64,000 nucleotides of DNA, from NCBI GenBank assembly GCA_951812505.1, contig CATOSI010000001.1, forward strand, positions 750,012 to 814,011. The letters are read 5' to 3'. The stretch is from an uncultured Dehalococcoidia bacterium (GTDB lineage: Bacteria > Chloroflexota > Dehalococcoidia > Lucifugimonadales > UBA1123). The number at the start of each line of letters is the position of its first letter. Position 1 is the stretch's first letter. The position numbers were made by a program, and so were the translations under genes. Shown piece by piece: positions 1 to 8,218 of the stretch. The notes below the pieces were generated by a model. That model searched no databases. It was not told the DNA's origin and was given only the letters and a program-made list of their open reading frames with translations.

Positions 1-309
1 ATATTCCCAAACGTCAGTGATCTTTAGAGCATACGCCGTTTTCACTCCCTCATAGTAGGCGTCAAAGTCGCCCTTGGTGACTCCGGCCTTGTCCGACACT
101 TTCTCCCATACTGTTTCCGGAGGGCCGCTCCACACCTGTTCGATGCGGAATCCCCCTCTAAGCTGTCTGACTGGGGTAGTGACGTATATCAATACTTCCT
201 GATTCTTCACGTAAATGCTTATACGTCTTCGCAACTCGGCAGTCTTGGTTCCATCGAAAATCTGGTCTGCGAAATATGGCTTCACTGAAAGTAGCAATTT
301 CGAAGTCAT
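1..309 (-). CDS. ASCH-domain protein (N-terminal part only; the gene runs off the window start)
   Basis: Absent from the ORF track because it has no stop in the window. My own minus-strand translation from the ATG at 309 reads MTSKLLLSVKPYFADQIFDGTKTAELRRRISIYVKNQEVLIYVTTPVRQLRGGFRIEQVWSGPPETVWEKV... This is an ASCH/PUA-like pattern (hK-P-x-a-x-x-I-x-x-G-x-K-x-x-E-x-R-R, then h-h-h-Y). It starts 8 nt after the stop of the upstream gene. Confidence 0.6.
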   Translation of the reverse strand, partial: MTSKLLLSVKPYFADQIFDGTKTAELRRRISIYVKNQEVLIYVTTPVRQLRGGFRIEQVWSGPPETVWEKVSDKAGVTKGDFDAYYEGVKTAYALKITDVWEY

Positions 310-317
310 GCCAAGCC

Positions 318-2330
318 TCACCAAGAAAACCCGAATTGAAACAGCCTTTTAAAGGTTGATCGGGGAACCTGGGATGGGGACTGCAACACTAGACTCGCAC
401 CTTCTTCCTCGTAAATCACTCGCAAGTGCTCCAGTGAAATTGGCCGTCTGAATGGAAAGGTGTGGGAAAACTTCAGAGCCATGATGTCAGTATCCGGGTC
501 GCCGTCGCACATGCTGTGGATCTGATTCCAGTCGAGGATGCCCAAACCACTGTATCTTCTGAAGAGATTCCTCGCGGTGCCTGTTTCGATGTCGTCCAGT
601 TGAGAAATAGCCACCACTTGCCTCTGACTTCCGCTCACATACCATAGTAGTCGTGCAGGTGACCTCAACATTCGATGATGTGTTTTTTTGCGATAGTAAA
701 CATTGTCCCATCGTAGCAAGACGTTAGGATTGCCACCGAATAAGTCGTTTGCGGCCTGCCTCTGGTCGACGAGGCTGAGTGCGAATCCTGGACGAATTGG
801 GATCATGAAGCACTCTTCGGACGATGAAAGTGCCAGTGGGGAACAGTGCCGTTGTAAGTCCAGATCTGACATTAAATGAAACTTGGAGCTAACTTCAGGT
901 GCGACTTCAAGAGTACGGGAAAGTGCTTCTTCCCGTCGAAGACTCTCAGAAAAGCAGAGGCGTACGAGTTTGTCTTCCGTAGCAACAAAGCCCATTCTTT
1001 CTAATTCTGGCTTGAGTCTCGGGAAGACGCCGGTGTCGGTGAACTCTACCTTCTCTGCACCAATCGCTACGGCCCTAGTGATGCTGTCGGATACCAAGAA
1101 TTGTTCAATCAGCGAGCGTTGACCGGAATTAGATCCCCTTGCCACGTGAATCGTAGCAACGGAGTCGCCGACGTCGCGCTCAATCACCCTTATTGCAATG
1201 GCCTCATCGCCAAACCAAAGCAACTCACAATCAAAACGAGTCGGGTCTGCCAGATAAAGTTCAAGTCTTCCTTTGAACTCACCTTTACCTTCGCCCTGAA
1301 TTAGGAATATCTCGTAGGGCAGACTGTTGAGATCATCGGAACCAAGACGCCTCCATCTGAAGTCAACCCCTGATACGAGTTCTGGGAGGTAGGCTGCAGC
1401 ATCCAAGAATTCGTGGACTCTTACAATCAGTTCGGATGGCGACAACACAGTCAGTTCAGTGAGGTCTGCTATTTCCTTCGCTTTTCGCAGGAGCCGACCA
1501 TCCCGAGTGACGAAATACCTCACACTAGAAGCAGCAGTCTTTGCCAGTTGCCTTACATCGGAGAGTGCCCTTGGCGTATTGGACGGTAGAATATCCTTAA
1601 GTGTAGACTCGAATGCTAGGGAAGAATCAATGCCATGGATCACGGTGGGAAAGTTCAGGATACTATTCCGCGCCGCCTCTCTTTGAGAGGTATCGTGGTT
1701 TCGGTCAATTTCAACCATCAACTCATCCGTAACCCGTAAGCTGATAGTTTCTGCCAAGAAATCAGAAAGTAATGCTTTCGAGAGTTCCTCATGGTTTCTA
1801 TCCACTGAAATCAGGTCAAAGAATATCTGGGCATCAATTACAACATCAAGGGTATCAACGCCGGAATCGGCTTCGAAAAGGCTGAGTTGATCCTCGTGTT
1901 CCACGGTCAAACACCAATGAGTCAAGAGATGGCCAGCCCTAGAGCGTCCAGCTCTCTCACCCAACGGTATGAAACCTAGTTTCGGCCACAGAGTATTTGC
2001 AGGAAAATCACGTCTGCAGTGAAGCTTAATTGTCTTCTGCGTCGTTGCTTTGCACCGTAATTCCTCAACAAGAGCCTTACCTGTGCCTCGGCCGCGGCTC
2101 ATCTCAGCAATACACAGATGAGCAATGCGAAAGGAATTCCTGTTAGCGCCGTATAGGAGATAACCGAGAAGTTCTCCTCGCTCGTTGTGCGCTCCCAATA
2201 CATTGCCGTTCAAAATGTAATCGCAGAGGGCAGCTTTCGGAAGGAATCCAAGAGTCGCACTGTTCTGCTTCATCAGACGATCAACGGCATCTATGTCGTC
2301 AACCGCCAAAGTTGAAATCACCGTTCCCAA
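318..2330 (-). CDS. Multidomain protein: N-terminal GNAT acetyltransferase, PIN-like domain, degenerate GNAT-like region, C-terminal ASCH/PUA-like domain
   Basis: 670-aa ORF with a TTG/GTG start. GNAT motif A is present (CIAEMSRGRGTGKALVEEL). The PIN-like stretch reads DVVIDAQIFFDL...VTDEL...YFVTRDGRLL. The C-terminus (MIPIRPGFALSLVD...LLWYVSGSQRQVVAISQLDDIE...ALKFSHTFPFRRPISL) parallels the downstream ASCH protein. G+C is visibly lower than in the adjacent fdhA. Confidence 0.7.
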   Translation of the reverse strand: MGTVISTLAVDDIDAVDRLMKQNSATLGFLPKAALCDYILNGNVLGAHNERGELLGYLLYGANRNSFRIAHLCIAEMSRGRGTGKALVEELRCKATTQKTIKLHCRRDFPANTLWPKLGFIPLGERAGRSRAGHLLTHWCLTVEHEDQLSLFEADSGVDTLDVVIDAQIFFDLISVDRNHEELSKALLSDFLAETISLRVTDELMVEIDRNHDTSQREAARNSILNFPTVIHGIDSSLAFESTLKDILPSNTPRALSDVRQLAKTAASSVRYFVTRDGRLLRKAKEIADLTELTVLSPSELIVRVHEFLDAAAYLPELVSGVDFRWRRLGSDDLNSLPYEIFLIQGEGKGEFKGRLELYLADPTRFDCELLWFGDEAIAIRVIERDVGDSVATIHVARGSNSGQRSLIEQFLVSDSITRAVAIGAEKVEFTDTGVFPRLKPELERMGFVATEDKLVRLCFSESLRREEALSRTLEVAPEVSSKFHLMSDLDLQRHCSPLALSSSEECFMIPIRPGFALSLVDQRQAANDLFGGNPNVLLRWDNVYYRKKTHHRMLRSPARLLWYVSGSQRQVVAISQLDDIETGTARNLFRRYSGLGILDWNQIHSMCDGDPDTDIMALKFSHTFPFRRPISLEHLRVIYEEEGASLVLQSPSQVPRSTFKRLFQFGFSW

Positions 2331-2442
2331 GCTTGAGTCCTAGAATATTGTGCTTTGTGTTCGAATCGAATCCATTCTCTTTGCATCAACAGAACTATCG
2401 AATTCGTCTGCCTTGAAAGGTTGCCAGACTTGACGGATCCTC

Positions 2443-5190
2443 CTAGGCTTTCGCAGGTTGGCGAGGTCGGCGGGCCGCGCCTCGGTCTTCGCCCACTATG
2501 TCCATGCGGACGGCGCAGACTTTGTACTCTGGGATTCGGGAGTTGGGGTCCAGGGCGGAGTTTGTGAGGAAGTTGGCGGCGTGTTCCTGAAGCTTGACGA
2601 ACGGGACGAAGAGTTCCCCGGCGCGCTGCTTGTCCGTGTAGTAGGCGCGGCCTTCGAGGTCGCCACGACGGGAGCGGACTCGTATCCACTCACCGTCAGG
2701 TATGCCGAACTTTTCGCCGTCGGCAGGGTGCATGGAGACGGTGAGCTCGGGCGAGCGGGCGAGCAGGTTGTCGGCGCGGCGAGTAATGGTCCCGCCATGC
2801 CAGTGGTATAGGACTCGGCCGGTGTTGAGTATTAGCGGGAATCTCTCGGTGGGCGTCTCGTCGGCGGCAGGACCCTGGTCGAAGGCGACGAACTTGGCGC
2901 GTGGACCGCGAGGGAAGTCGGATTCGTAGAGGTAGCGCGTGCCCGGGTGGTCGGGAGTGGGGCAGGGCCACTGTATTCCGCCCTCGTTTTCGAGGCGGTC
3001 GTATGAAATTCCGGCAATCCCGGGGCTGAGGGACCTCATCTCATCGAAGATCTGAGAGGGGTGGTCGTAGTCGAACTCGTGCTCGAGTTCCAGGCCGAGC
3101 TTCTCGCTGACGCGGCGCGCAACGTTCTGGATAATCTCCCAGTCGGGCTTGCTTTCTCCGACGGGGTCAATTGCCTTCCGGACGCGCTGAACGCGACGTT
3201 CGCTGTTGGTGAAGGTGCCGTCCTTTTCGGCGAACGAGGTGGCTGGCAGGACGACGTCGGCGATCTCAGCGGTTTCGTGCATGAAGATATCCTGCACGAT
3301 GAGGAGTTCGAGCTTCTTGAACGTCTCCTCGGCGTGGTGAAGGTCGGGTTCGCTAAGGAGGGGATTCTCGCCTGTGATGTACATCGCCTTCATGCGGCCC
3401 GCGTCTATAGCCGGCACCATGTCAGTAACGACCAGGCCAGGGTCGGGCGGGAGCGGCTGGCTGCTCCAGGCAGCCTGGAATTTGGCCAGGGACTCTTCTC
3501 CGATGGTCTGGTAGCCGGGGAATGAGTTGGGCAGACATCCCGCGTCGCCGCAGCCCTGCACGTTGTTTTGACCCCTCAGAGGGGAAATTCCGGAGCCGGG
3601 TCGTCCAAGCTGCCCGGCGAGAAGCGCGAGGTTCAGGAGACCGTGGGCGTTAGCGGTGCCCATCGTGTGCTGCGTGATTCCCATACCCCAAATGAGGCAG
3701 GAGCCGCTGAATGGCGGCTGGGCGTAAATTCTTGCGGCGTCGGCTATCTGGTCGGCGGGAACGCCGGTTATCTTCTCGGCATACACGAGGTCGTACTTCT
3801 GGACGGTCTCCCACCACTCGTCGTATTCCTCGGTGCGGTCTCGGACGAAATCGGTGTCGGCAAGTTTCTCGTCCACTATGACCTTGGCCATTGCATTGAG
3901 GAGGGCGACGTCGGTGCCAGGGCGCGGCCTGAGCCAGAGGTCGGCGTAATCGCACATCTCGATACGGCGAGGATTGATGATGATGAGCTTGGCTCCGCGC
4001 TCGACGACGGCCCGGCGCATACGTGAGGCGGCGACAGGGTGGTTCGAGTTGGCATCGGAGCCGATTATCACCAGGCATCCCGCCTCCTCGTAGTCTATGT
4101 AGGAGTTGGATGTCGCGCCGCTTCCAAGCGAGGTCAGCATTGCCTCGACGGACGGGGAGTGGCAGAGGCGAGTGCAGTGGTCTATATGGTTGCTCTGCAT
4201 GATAAGGCGAGCGAATTTCTGCTGGATGTAGCCGTCTTCGTTCGTGGCTTTGGCCGAGGCAAGAGTGCCGAAGGTGTCGCCGCGGTACTCAGCCAGTTGG
4301 GATGAAACGAATTCAATCGCTTCTTCCCATTCTACAGGCGTCAGTTCGCCGTCCTTGCGAATCAGGGGCTTGGTGATCCGGTCGGGGTGGTTGACGAACG
4401 AGAATCCGAAGCGTCCCTTGACGCATAGCATTCCGAGCGAGGACTGATTGTCCGGGTCGTCTAGAATCTCAATGATCTGGTCGTTGGGATCAATGCGAGC
4501 CTTGATACCGCAGCCCACGCCGCAGTATGGGCAGGTAGTGGTGACAGTCCGGACCGGGTTGGATACGTCAGCCTTAGGTGTAATTGCGCCGGTAGGACAG
4601 GATGCCAGACACGAGCCGCAGGTGGTGCAAACGGACTCGACGAGCGGCCTGTCCATGAACGTGCCGATGCGGGCCTCGGTACCGGCGCCGAGCACGTCGA
4701 TTGCGCCTATGAACTGGTGCCCGTCCTGGCACGCCTGGGCGCAGCGACCGCACATTATGCAGGAGTCCATCGCTATCTGGAAGACCGGATTCGAGGCATC
4801 GACGACCTCGCGCTCGCGTCCGGTCCATCGAGGGTTGTCAATGCCGTGATGCCGTGCGGCGATGGACAACTCTCGGTAGTCGTCGCCGGTGTCGCCGTTG
4901 GGAGGGAACATCGCCATTGTGAGTTCGAGGACGCCGCGCCGGGTATCGCGGGCATTTTCGGTCTCGGTCATGACACTCATGCCCTCGGCGGCAGGAACGG
5001 AGCAGGAGGCGGGAAGTCCGCGAACGCCGTCTATCTCGACCAGGCAGGTTCGACAGGCTCCGATGGCCTTCATATCAGGGTCTTTGCAGAGCTGCGATAT
5101 GTAGGCGCCGGACTGGTTTATCGCGTCAAGGACGGTGGCGCCGTCGTTGACTGTAACCTGCTTGCCGTTGATGGCGAGTGTGATGGTCAT
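2443..5190 (-). CDS. fdhA: Formate dehydrogenase catalytic (alpha) subunit, NAD-linked FdsA/FdhF type, Cys variant
   Basis: 915 aa. It has an N-terminal 2Fe-2S ferredoxin module (CRTCLVEIDG), 4Fe-4S Cys clusters (CIMCGRCAQAC, CTTCGSCLASCP) and a molybdopterin oxidoreductase body. The active-site stretch HIDHCTRLCHSPSV has Cys where Sec-type enzymes carry U. Confidence 0.9.
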   Translation of the reverse strand: MTITLAINGKQVTVNDGATVLDAINQSGAYISQLCKDPDMKAIGACRTCLVEIDGVRGLPASCSVPAAEGMSVMTETENARDTRRGVLELTMAMFPPNGDTGDDYRELSIAARHHGIDNPRWTGREREVVDASNPVFQIAMDSCIMCGRCAQACQDGHQFIGAIDVLGAGTEARIGTFMDRPLVESVCTTCGSCLASCPTGAITPKADVSNPVRTVTTTCPYCGVGCGIKARIDPNDQIIEILDDPDNQSSLGMLCVKGRFGFSFVNHPDRITKPLIRKDGELTPVEWEEAIEFVSSQLAEYRGDTFGTLASAKATNEDGYIQQKFARLIMQSNHIDHCTRLCHSPSVEAMLTSLGSGATSNSYIDYEEAGCLVIIGSDANSNHPVAASRMRRAVVERGAKLIIINPRRIEMCDYADLWLRPRPGTDVALLNAMAKVIVDEKLADTDFVRDRTEEYDEWWETVQKYDLVYAEKITGVPADQIADAARIYAQPPFSGSCLIWGMGITQHTMGTANAHGLLNLALLAGQLGRPGSGISPLRGQNNVQGCGDAGCLPNSFPGYQTIGEESLAKFQAAWSSQPLPPDPGLVVTDMVPAIDAGRMKAMYITGENPLLSEPDLHHAEETFKKLELLIVQDIFMHETAEIADVVLPATSFAEKDGTFTNSERRVQRVRKAIDPVGESKPDWEIIQNVARRVSEKLGLELEHEFDYDHPSQIFDEMRSLSPGIAGISYDRLENEGGIQWPCPTPDHPGTRYLYESDFPRGPRAKFVAFDQGPAADETPTERFPLILNTGRVLYHWHGGTITRRADNLLARSPELTVSMHPADGEKFGIPDGEWIRVRSRRGDLEGRAYYTDKQRAGELFVPFVKLQEHAANFLTNSALDPNSRIPEYKVCAVRMDIVGEDRGAARRPRQPAKA

Positions 5191-5202
5191 GGTAGGCCTT
5201 TC

Positions 5203-5558
5203 TTATAGCGAGTCATACAACGGCACGTGAATCAATCTATTCGTCATATCATCTGGATTGTTGCGTTCTGAGATACGCTGCAGATTCTCTACGCAAGTTC
5301 CTATGTATGTTAACATGGGTGCGAAAACAACGCCGTGGAAGACTATACCATCTCTCTGCCGTCTCGCAGCTTCTCTCAGAAATCTTTGTCGTGTGTAAAA
5401 AACACACGGCCTAACTCACCTGACCTGTCCAAGAGCGACGGGTCAGGAGTTCTATCCCGACCCTCCTCGCGCGCCATGATTACGTCTATATGGCGTGAGC
5501 GAAGGCCATCAGTGATTCGGTCGTCCACATTGTGGTCCATGTAGTAGGCGACAGGCAC
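5203..5558 (-). pseudogene. DUF5615-type PIN-like toxin candidate, interrupted by a 1-nt frameshift
   Basis: The track ORF 5376..5558 ends ...FFTHDKDF*. Shifting by one nucleotide at GATTTCTGAGAG gives an open continuation, LREAARRQRDGIVFHGVVFAPMLTYIGTCVENLQRISERNNPDDMTNRLIHVPLYDSL*, ending at TAA 5203-5205. Together the two pieces make about 118 aa, the expected family length. Confidence 0.55.
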
Positions 5559-5559
5559 T

Positions 5560-5952
5560 TCAGGCCGTGACTTTCTCTTCTGCCTTCGCTTTCCTTCGCT
5601 CCGCCGCCCTTGCCTTCATACGACGCTCGAACTCTCTCTGGGCAGGCTCGTTCTGTCGTCTCATTTCCTCGACGATTTCGTCGCCCTCTTTGATTAGCCG
5701 TTCCACCTCTTCCTTGTTGTCGTAGTAGTAGGCGAGGGCAGAGTGGACCTGACCCATGTTTAGGACCGGCCAATATTTACAGATTTCCTCGGGGCTCAGT
5801 TTGTGGTGGTTGGTAGCTATGACGATGAGTTCCACCTTTATGCGGGTTCCGGCTATCATGGCGCGTCCGTCTTTCATCATCAGGATGTGCCGGTATCCGG
5901 TGTCGCTTACTATGGGCTGCATTTTGCTGTCTACCCCGACTGCGTCTCTCAA
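5560..5952 (-). CDS. DUF433-domain protein (antitoxin-like partner of DUF5615)
   Basis: 130 aa. The DUF433-like core reads GRAMIAGTRIKVELIV...LSPEEICKYWPVLNMGQVHSALAYYYDNKEEV. It ends 1 nt before the DUF5615 start. The real start may be the internal Met at 5922. Confidence 0.7.
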   Translation of the reverse strand: MRDAVGVDSKMQPIVSDTGYRHILMMKDGRAMIAGTRIKVELIVIATNHHKLSPEEICKYWPVLNMGQVHSALAYYYDNKEEVERLIKEGDEIVEEMRRQNEPAQREFERRMKARAAERRKAKAEEKVTA

Positions 5953-5998
5953 TCCGTGATCAACTTAGTACGTAGTAGATTAAGTGTACCATTTGGGT

Positions 5999-7603
5999 TC
6001 ACGATTTGGCTTTGGAGATCAGTTCGTCGCGGAAGAAGTGCAGGCCGCTCAGGATGGGATTTCCGGCTGCCTGGCCGAGTCCGCAGAGAGATGCATCGTT
6101 GACAAGGCGTGCGAGGTTTGACAACTCATCAATGTCGTCCTTAGTGGCTGTGCCCCGGGCCATGGAATCTATCATCTCCACCATTCGGGGAGTACCCTCA
6201 CGACAGGGTGTGCATTTTCCGCAGGACTCATTGGCGTTGTACTGGGCGAGGTTGCGGACGACGGACAGCGCGTCCATAGAGTCGTCCATGACTATGATCG
6301 CGCCCGCGCCGAGCATGACGCCGGACTCATGCAGGAATCCAGGCTTGATGGGCGTGTCGAGCATGGAGGCGGGGAATATGCCGCTGGACGGGCCTCCCAC
6401 ACCTATTACATTGATGGAAGATCCGTCGGGAGGGCCGCCGCCGATGTCGTTGATGATTTCGCGGAGAGTCGTTCCCAAAGGGACTTCTATAAGACCGGGA
6501 CGGCGGACGGCTCCGCTGAGGTTGATTATCTTAGTTCCGGTGTCTGTCCCGTCGCCGATTTGGGCGTAGGCTTCCGCACCATTGGAAATGATGAAAGGCA
6601 CGCTGGCCAGGGTTTCTGCGTTGTTGATGACCGTTGGGCGGGACCAGAGGCCAGATTCCACCGGGTAAGGGGGTCTGATGCGTGGCTCGCGGCGAAATCC
6701 CTCGATGGTGTTGATGAGGGTGGTCTCCTCGCCGCACACGTAACCGCCGGCGCCTCTGCGGATTGCGACATTGAAGTCGTGTTCGGCGCCCAGGGCATTT
6801 TCACCTAGAAGCCCGATCTCGCGGGCCTGTCGGATGGCGACTTCCATGCGCCGGGCGGAAAGGTTTGCCTCGGCGTTGATGTAGAAGATGATGTCCGTCG
6901 CGTCGGAGGCGTATGCGGCTATGCAGGCGCCTTCTATCAGTCTGTGGGGCGCTCCTTCCATGAGATGTCGGTCTTTGAACAGGCCGGGCTCGCCTTCCTC
7001 GCAGTTTACTATCATGTATCTCCGGGCGGCGGAGAATCCGCGCGCGGACTCCCATTTGAGGCCGGCCGGGAAGTACGCGCCGCCGCGTCCCCTGATGCGA
7101 GAGTCCTTGACTTCCCGGATGACATCGGCTGGATCGGATTGCAGCGCTTTGACCAAGGCGGAGTAGCCACCATGCGCAATATAGTCGTCAATGGATTCGG
7201 CATCCAGGAATCCGCAGTTTTCGAGCGCGATGCGATGCTGATATCCAATGAAGTCCTCGGCGGCGGTCGGATGGACGATCAACACGTCGTCTTCAAGGGC
7301 GCGCTCAATTCGCCCGATGCCGTCGGGCTCCATGTAGTCCAGACGGTACACGTGTCCTGATTTGGAAGTGACCACTACACTTGGGCCCGCGAAGCAGGCG
7401 CCGTCGCATCCGGCAGTGATGACGCTCGCCGTGTCGCTGAAACGTTCTGCGACAGCATGAGCCACTTCGGACGCGCCAATGGAGGCCCCGCAGTGTCCAA
7501 CTTGGACCGCTATCTTAGGCCTGTCGGAGCGCGCGAGAGACAGCCGGTCGCGCACTGAATTGACGATTTCCTGGAAACGTGTCTGTAAGGGAGCGTCAGT
7601 CAT
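5999..7603 (-). CDS. NADH dehydrogenase subunit F-like protein (formate dehydrogenase beta / FdsB-like, FMN + NAD + 4Fe-4S)
   Basis: NuoF signatures are present: RGRGGAYFPAGLKWE, NCEEGEPGLFKDRHLMEG and ESCGKCTPCREG. I prefer the start ATG at 7603 (MTDAPLQ...), which overlaps the upstream stop as ATGACTGA. The track start at 7666 would overlap the NuoE-like gene by 71 nt. Confidence 0.88.
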   Translation of the reverse strand: MTDAPLQTRFQEIVNSVRDRLSLARSDRPKIAVQVGHCGASIGASEVAHAVAERFSDTASVITAGCDGACFAGPSVVVTSKSGHVYRLDYMEPDGIGRIERALEDDVLIVHPTAAEDFIGYQHRIALENCGFLDAESIDDYIAHGGYSALVKALQSDPADVIREVKDSRIRGRGGAYFPAGLKWESARGFSAARRYMIVNCEEGEPGLFKDRHLMEGAPHRLIEGACIAAYASDATDIIFYINAEANLSARRMEVAIRQAREIGLLGENALGAEHDFNVAIRRGAGGYVCGEETTLINTIEGFRREPRIRPPYPVESGLWSRPTVINNAETLASVPFIISNGAEAYAQIGDGTDTGTKIINLSGAVRRPGLIEVPLGTTLREIINDIGGGPPDGSSINVIGVGGPSSGIFPASMLDTPIKPGFLHESGVMLGAGAIIVMDDSMDALSVVRNLAQYNANESCGKCTPCREGTPRMVEMIDSMARGTATKDDIDELSNLARLVNDASLCGLGQAAGNPILSGLHFFRDELISKAKS

Positions 7604-8060
7604 GAGTGGAGTTCCTGACCAGTTCAACAGCCGACTGAGCGTCCAGGCGTCCATACCAGCGACCATTTATCTCTATCGCCGGGGCTGTGCCGCACAGGAA
7701 GCCGCAGGCGGTCTCCTCGAGCGTGAAGCGGCTGTCGGTAGGGTCTGGAGCGAGTTCTTCTTCCAGCGCCGAGAGAATATCGGCTGAGCCCTGAACGAGA
7801 CATGAGAGGGCGGTGCAGACACGCACTACCGTGTCTCCCGGATCTTCGATGCGCAGTTCGGTGTACGAAGTAGCGGCGCCATACACTTCGGAGGCGGGGA
7901 TGCCCAGGTGCCAGCCGACTACTTCCATCCCCCAGTCGGGGAGGTAGCCGAATTCACGCTGGAGGAAGTGGAGTGCGGGCAGAAGTTGGCCATGATTTCG
8001 GGGGAACTTCGCCCTGAGTTCGCGGCGCAAAGTGTTCTGGTCGGTTATCAAGGACCTCAC
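7596..8060 (-). CDS. NuoE-like 2Fe-2S thioredoxin-fold subunit (FdsG-like)
   Basis: 154 aa. It carries LLPALHFLQREFGYLP and the C-x4-C...C Cys pattern (VCTALSCLVQGS ... ETACGFLC) typical of the NuoE/HoxE family. Confidence 0.85.
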   Translation of the reverse strand: MRSLITDQNTLRRELRAKFPRNHGQLLPALHFLQREFGYLPDWGMEVVGWHLGIPASEVYGAATSYTELRIEDPGDTVVRVCTALSCLVQGSADILSALEEELAPDPTDSRFTLEETACGFLCGTAPAIEINGRWYGRLDAQSAVELVRNSTHD

Positions 8061-8218
8061 CTCTGATTATCCTGATTCAGACGGCGTGATTCTATCAGAA
8101 TTGGCGAGGGCATGATTGTCCGAATTCAAGATTTGCAGGATTATAGGATTGGACGGGATTCTACCCCTCCCTGATGTTTGAACACCTCGAGCGGGATGAT
8201 TGAGAAGGTGGGATTGAA

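Noticed and set aside
2443-5190. Possible selenocysteine in formate dehydrogenase alpha.
   Set aside because: The ORF is uninterrupted, and the active-site position carries Cys (CTRLCHSPS). There is no in-frame TGA.
7596-7666. A 71-nt overlap between the NuoE-like and NuoF-like ORFs, considered as possible programmed overlap.
   Set aside because: An internal ATG at 7603 gives the standard ATGA-type junction and a normal NuoF-like N-terminus. The longer ORF is most likely an artefact of choosing the longest frame.
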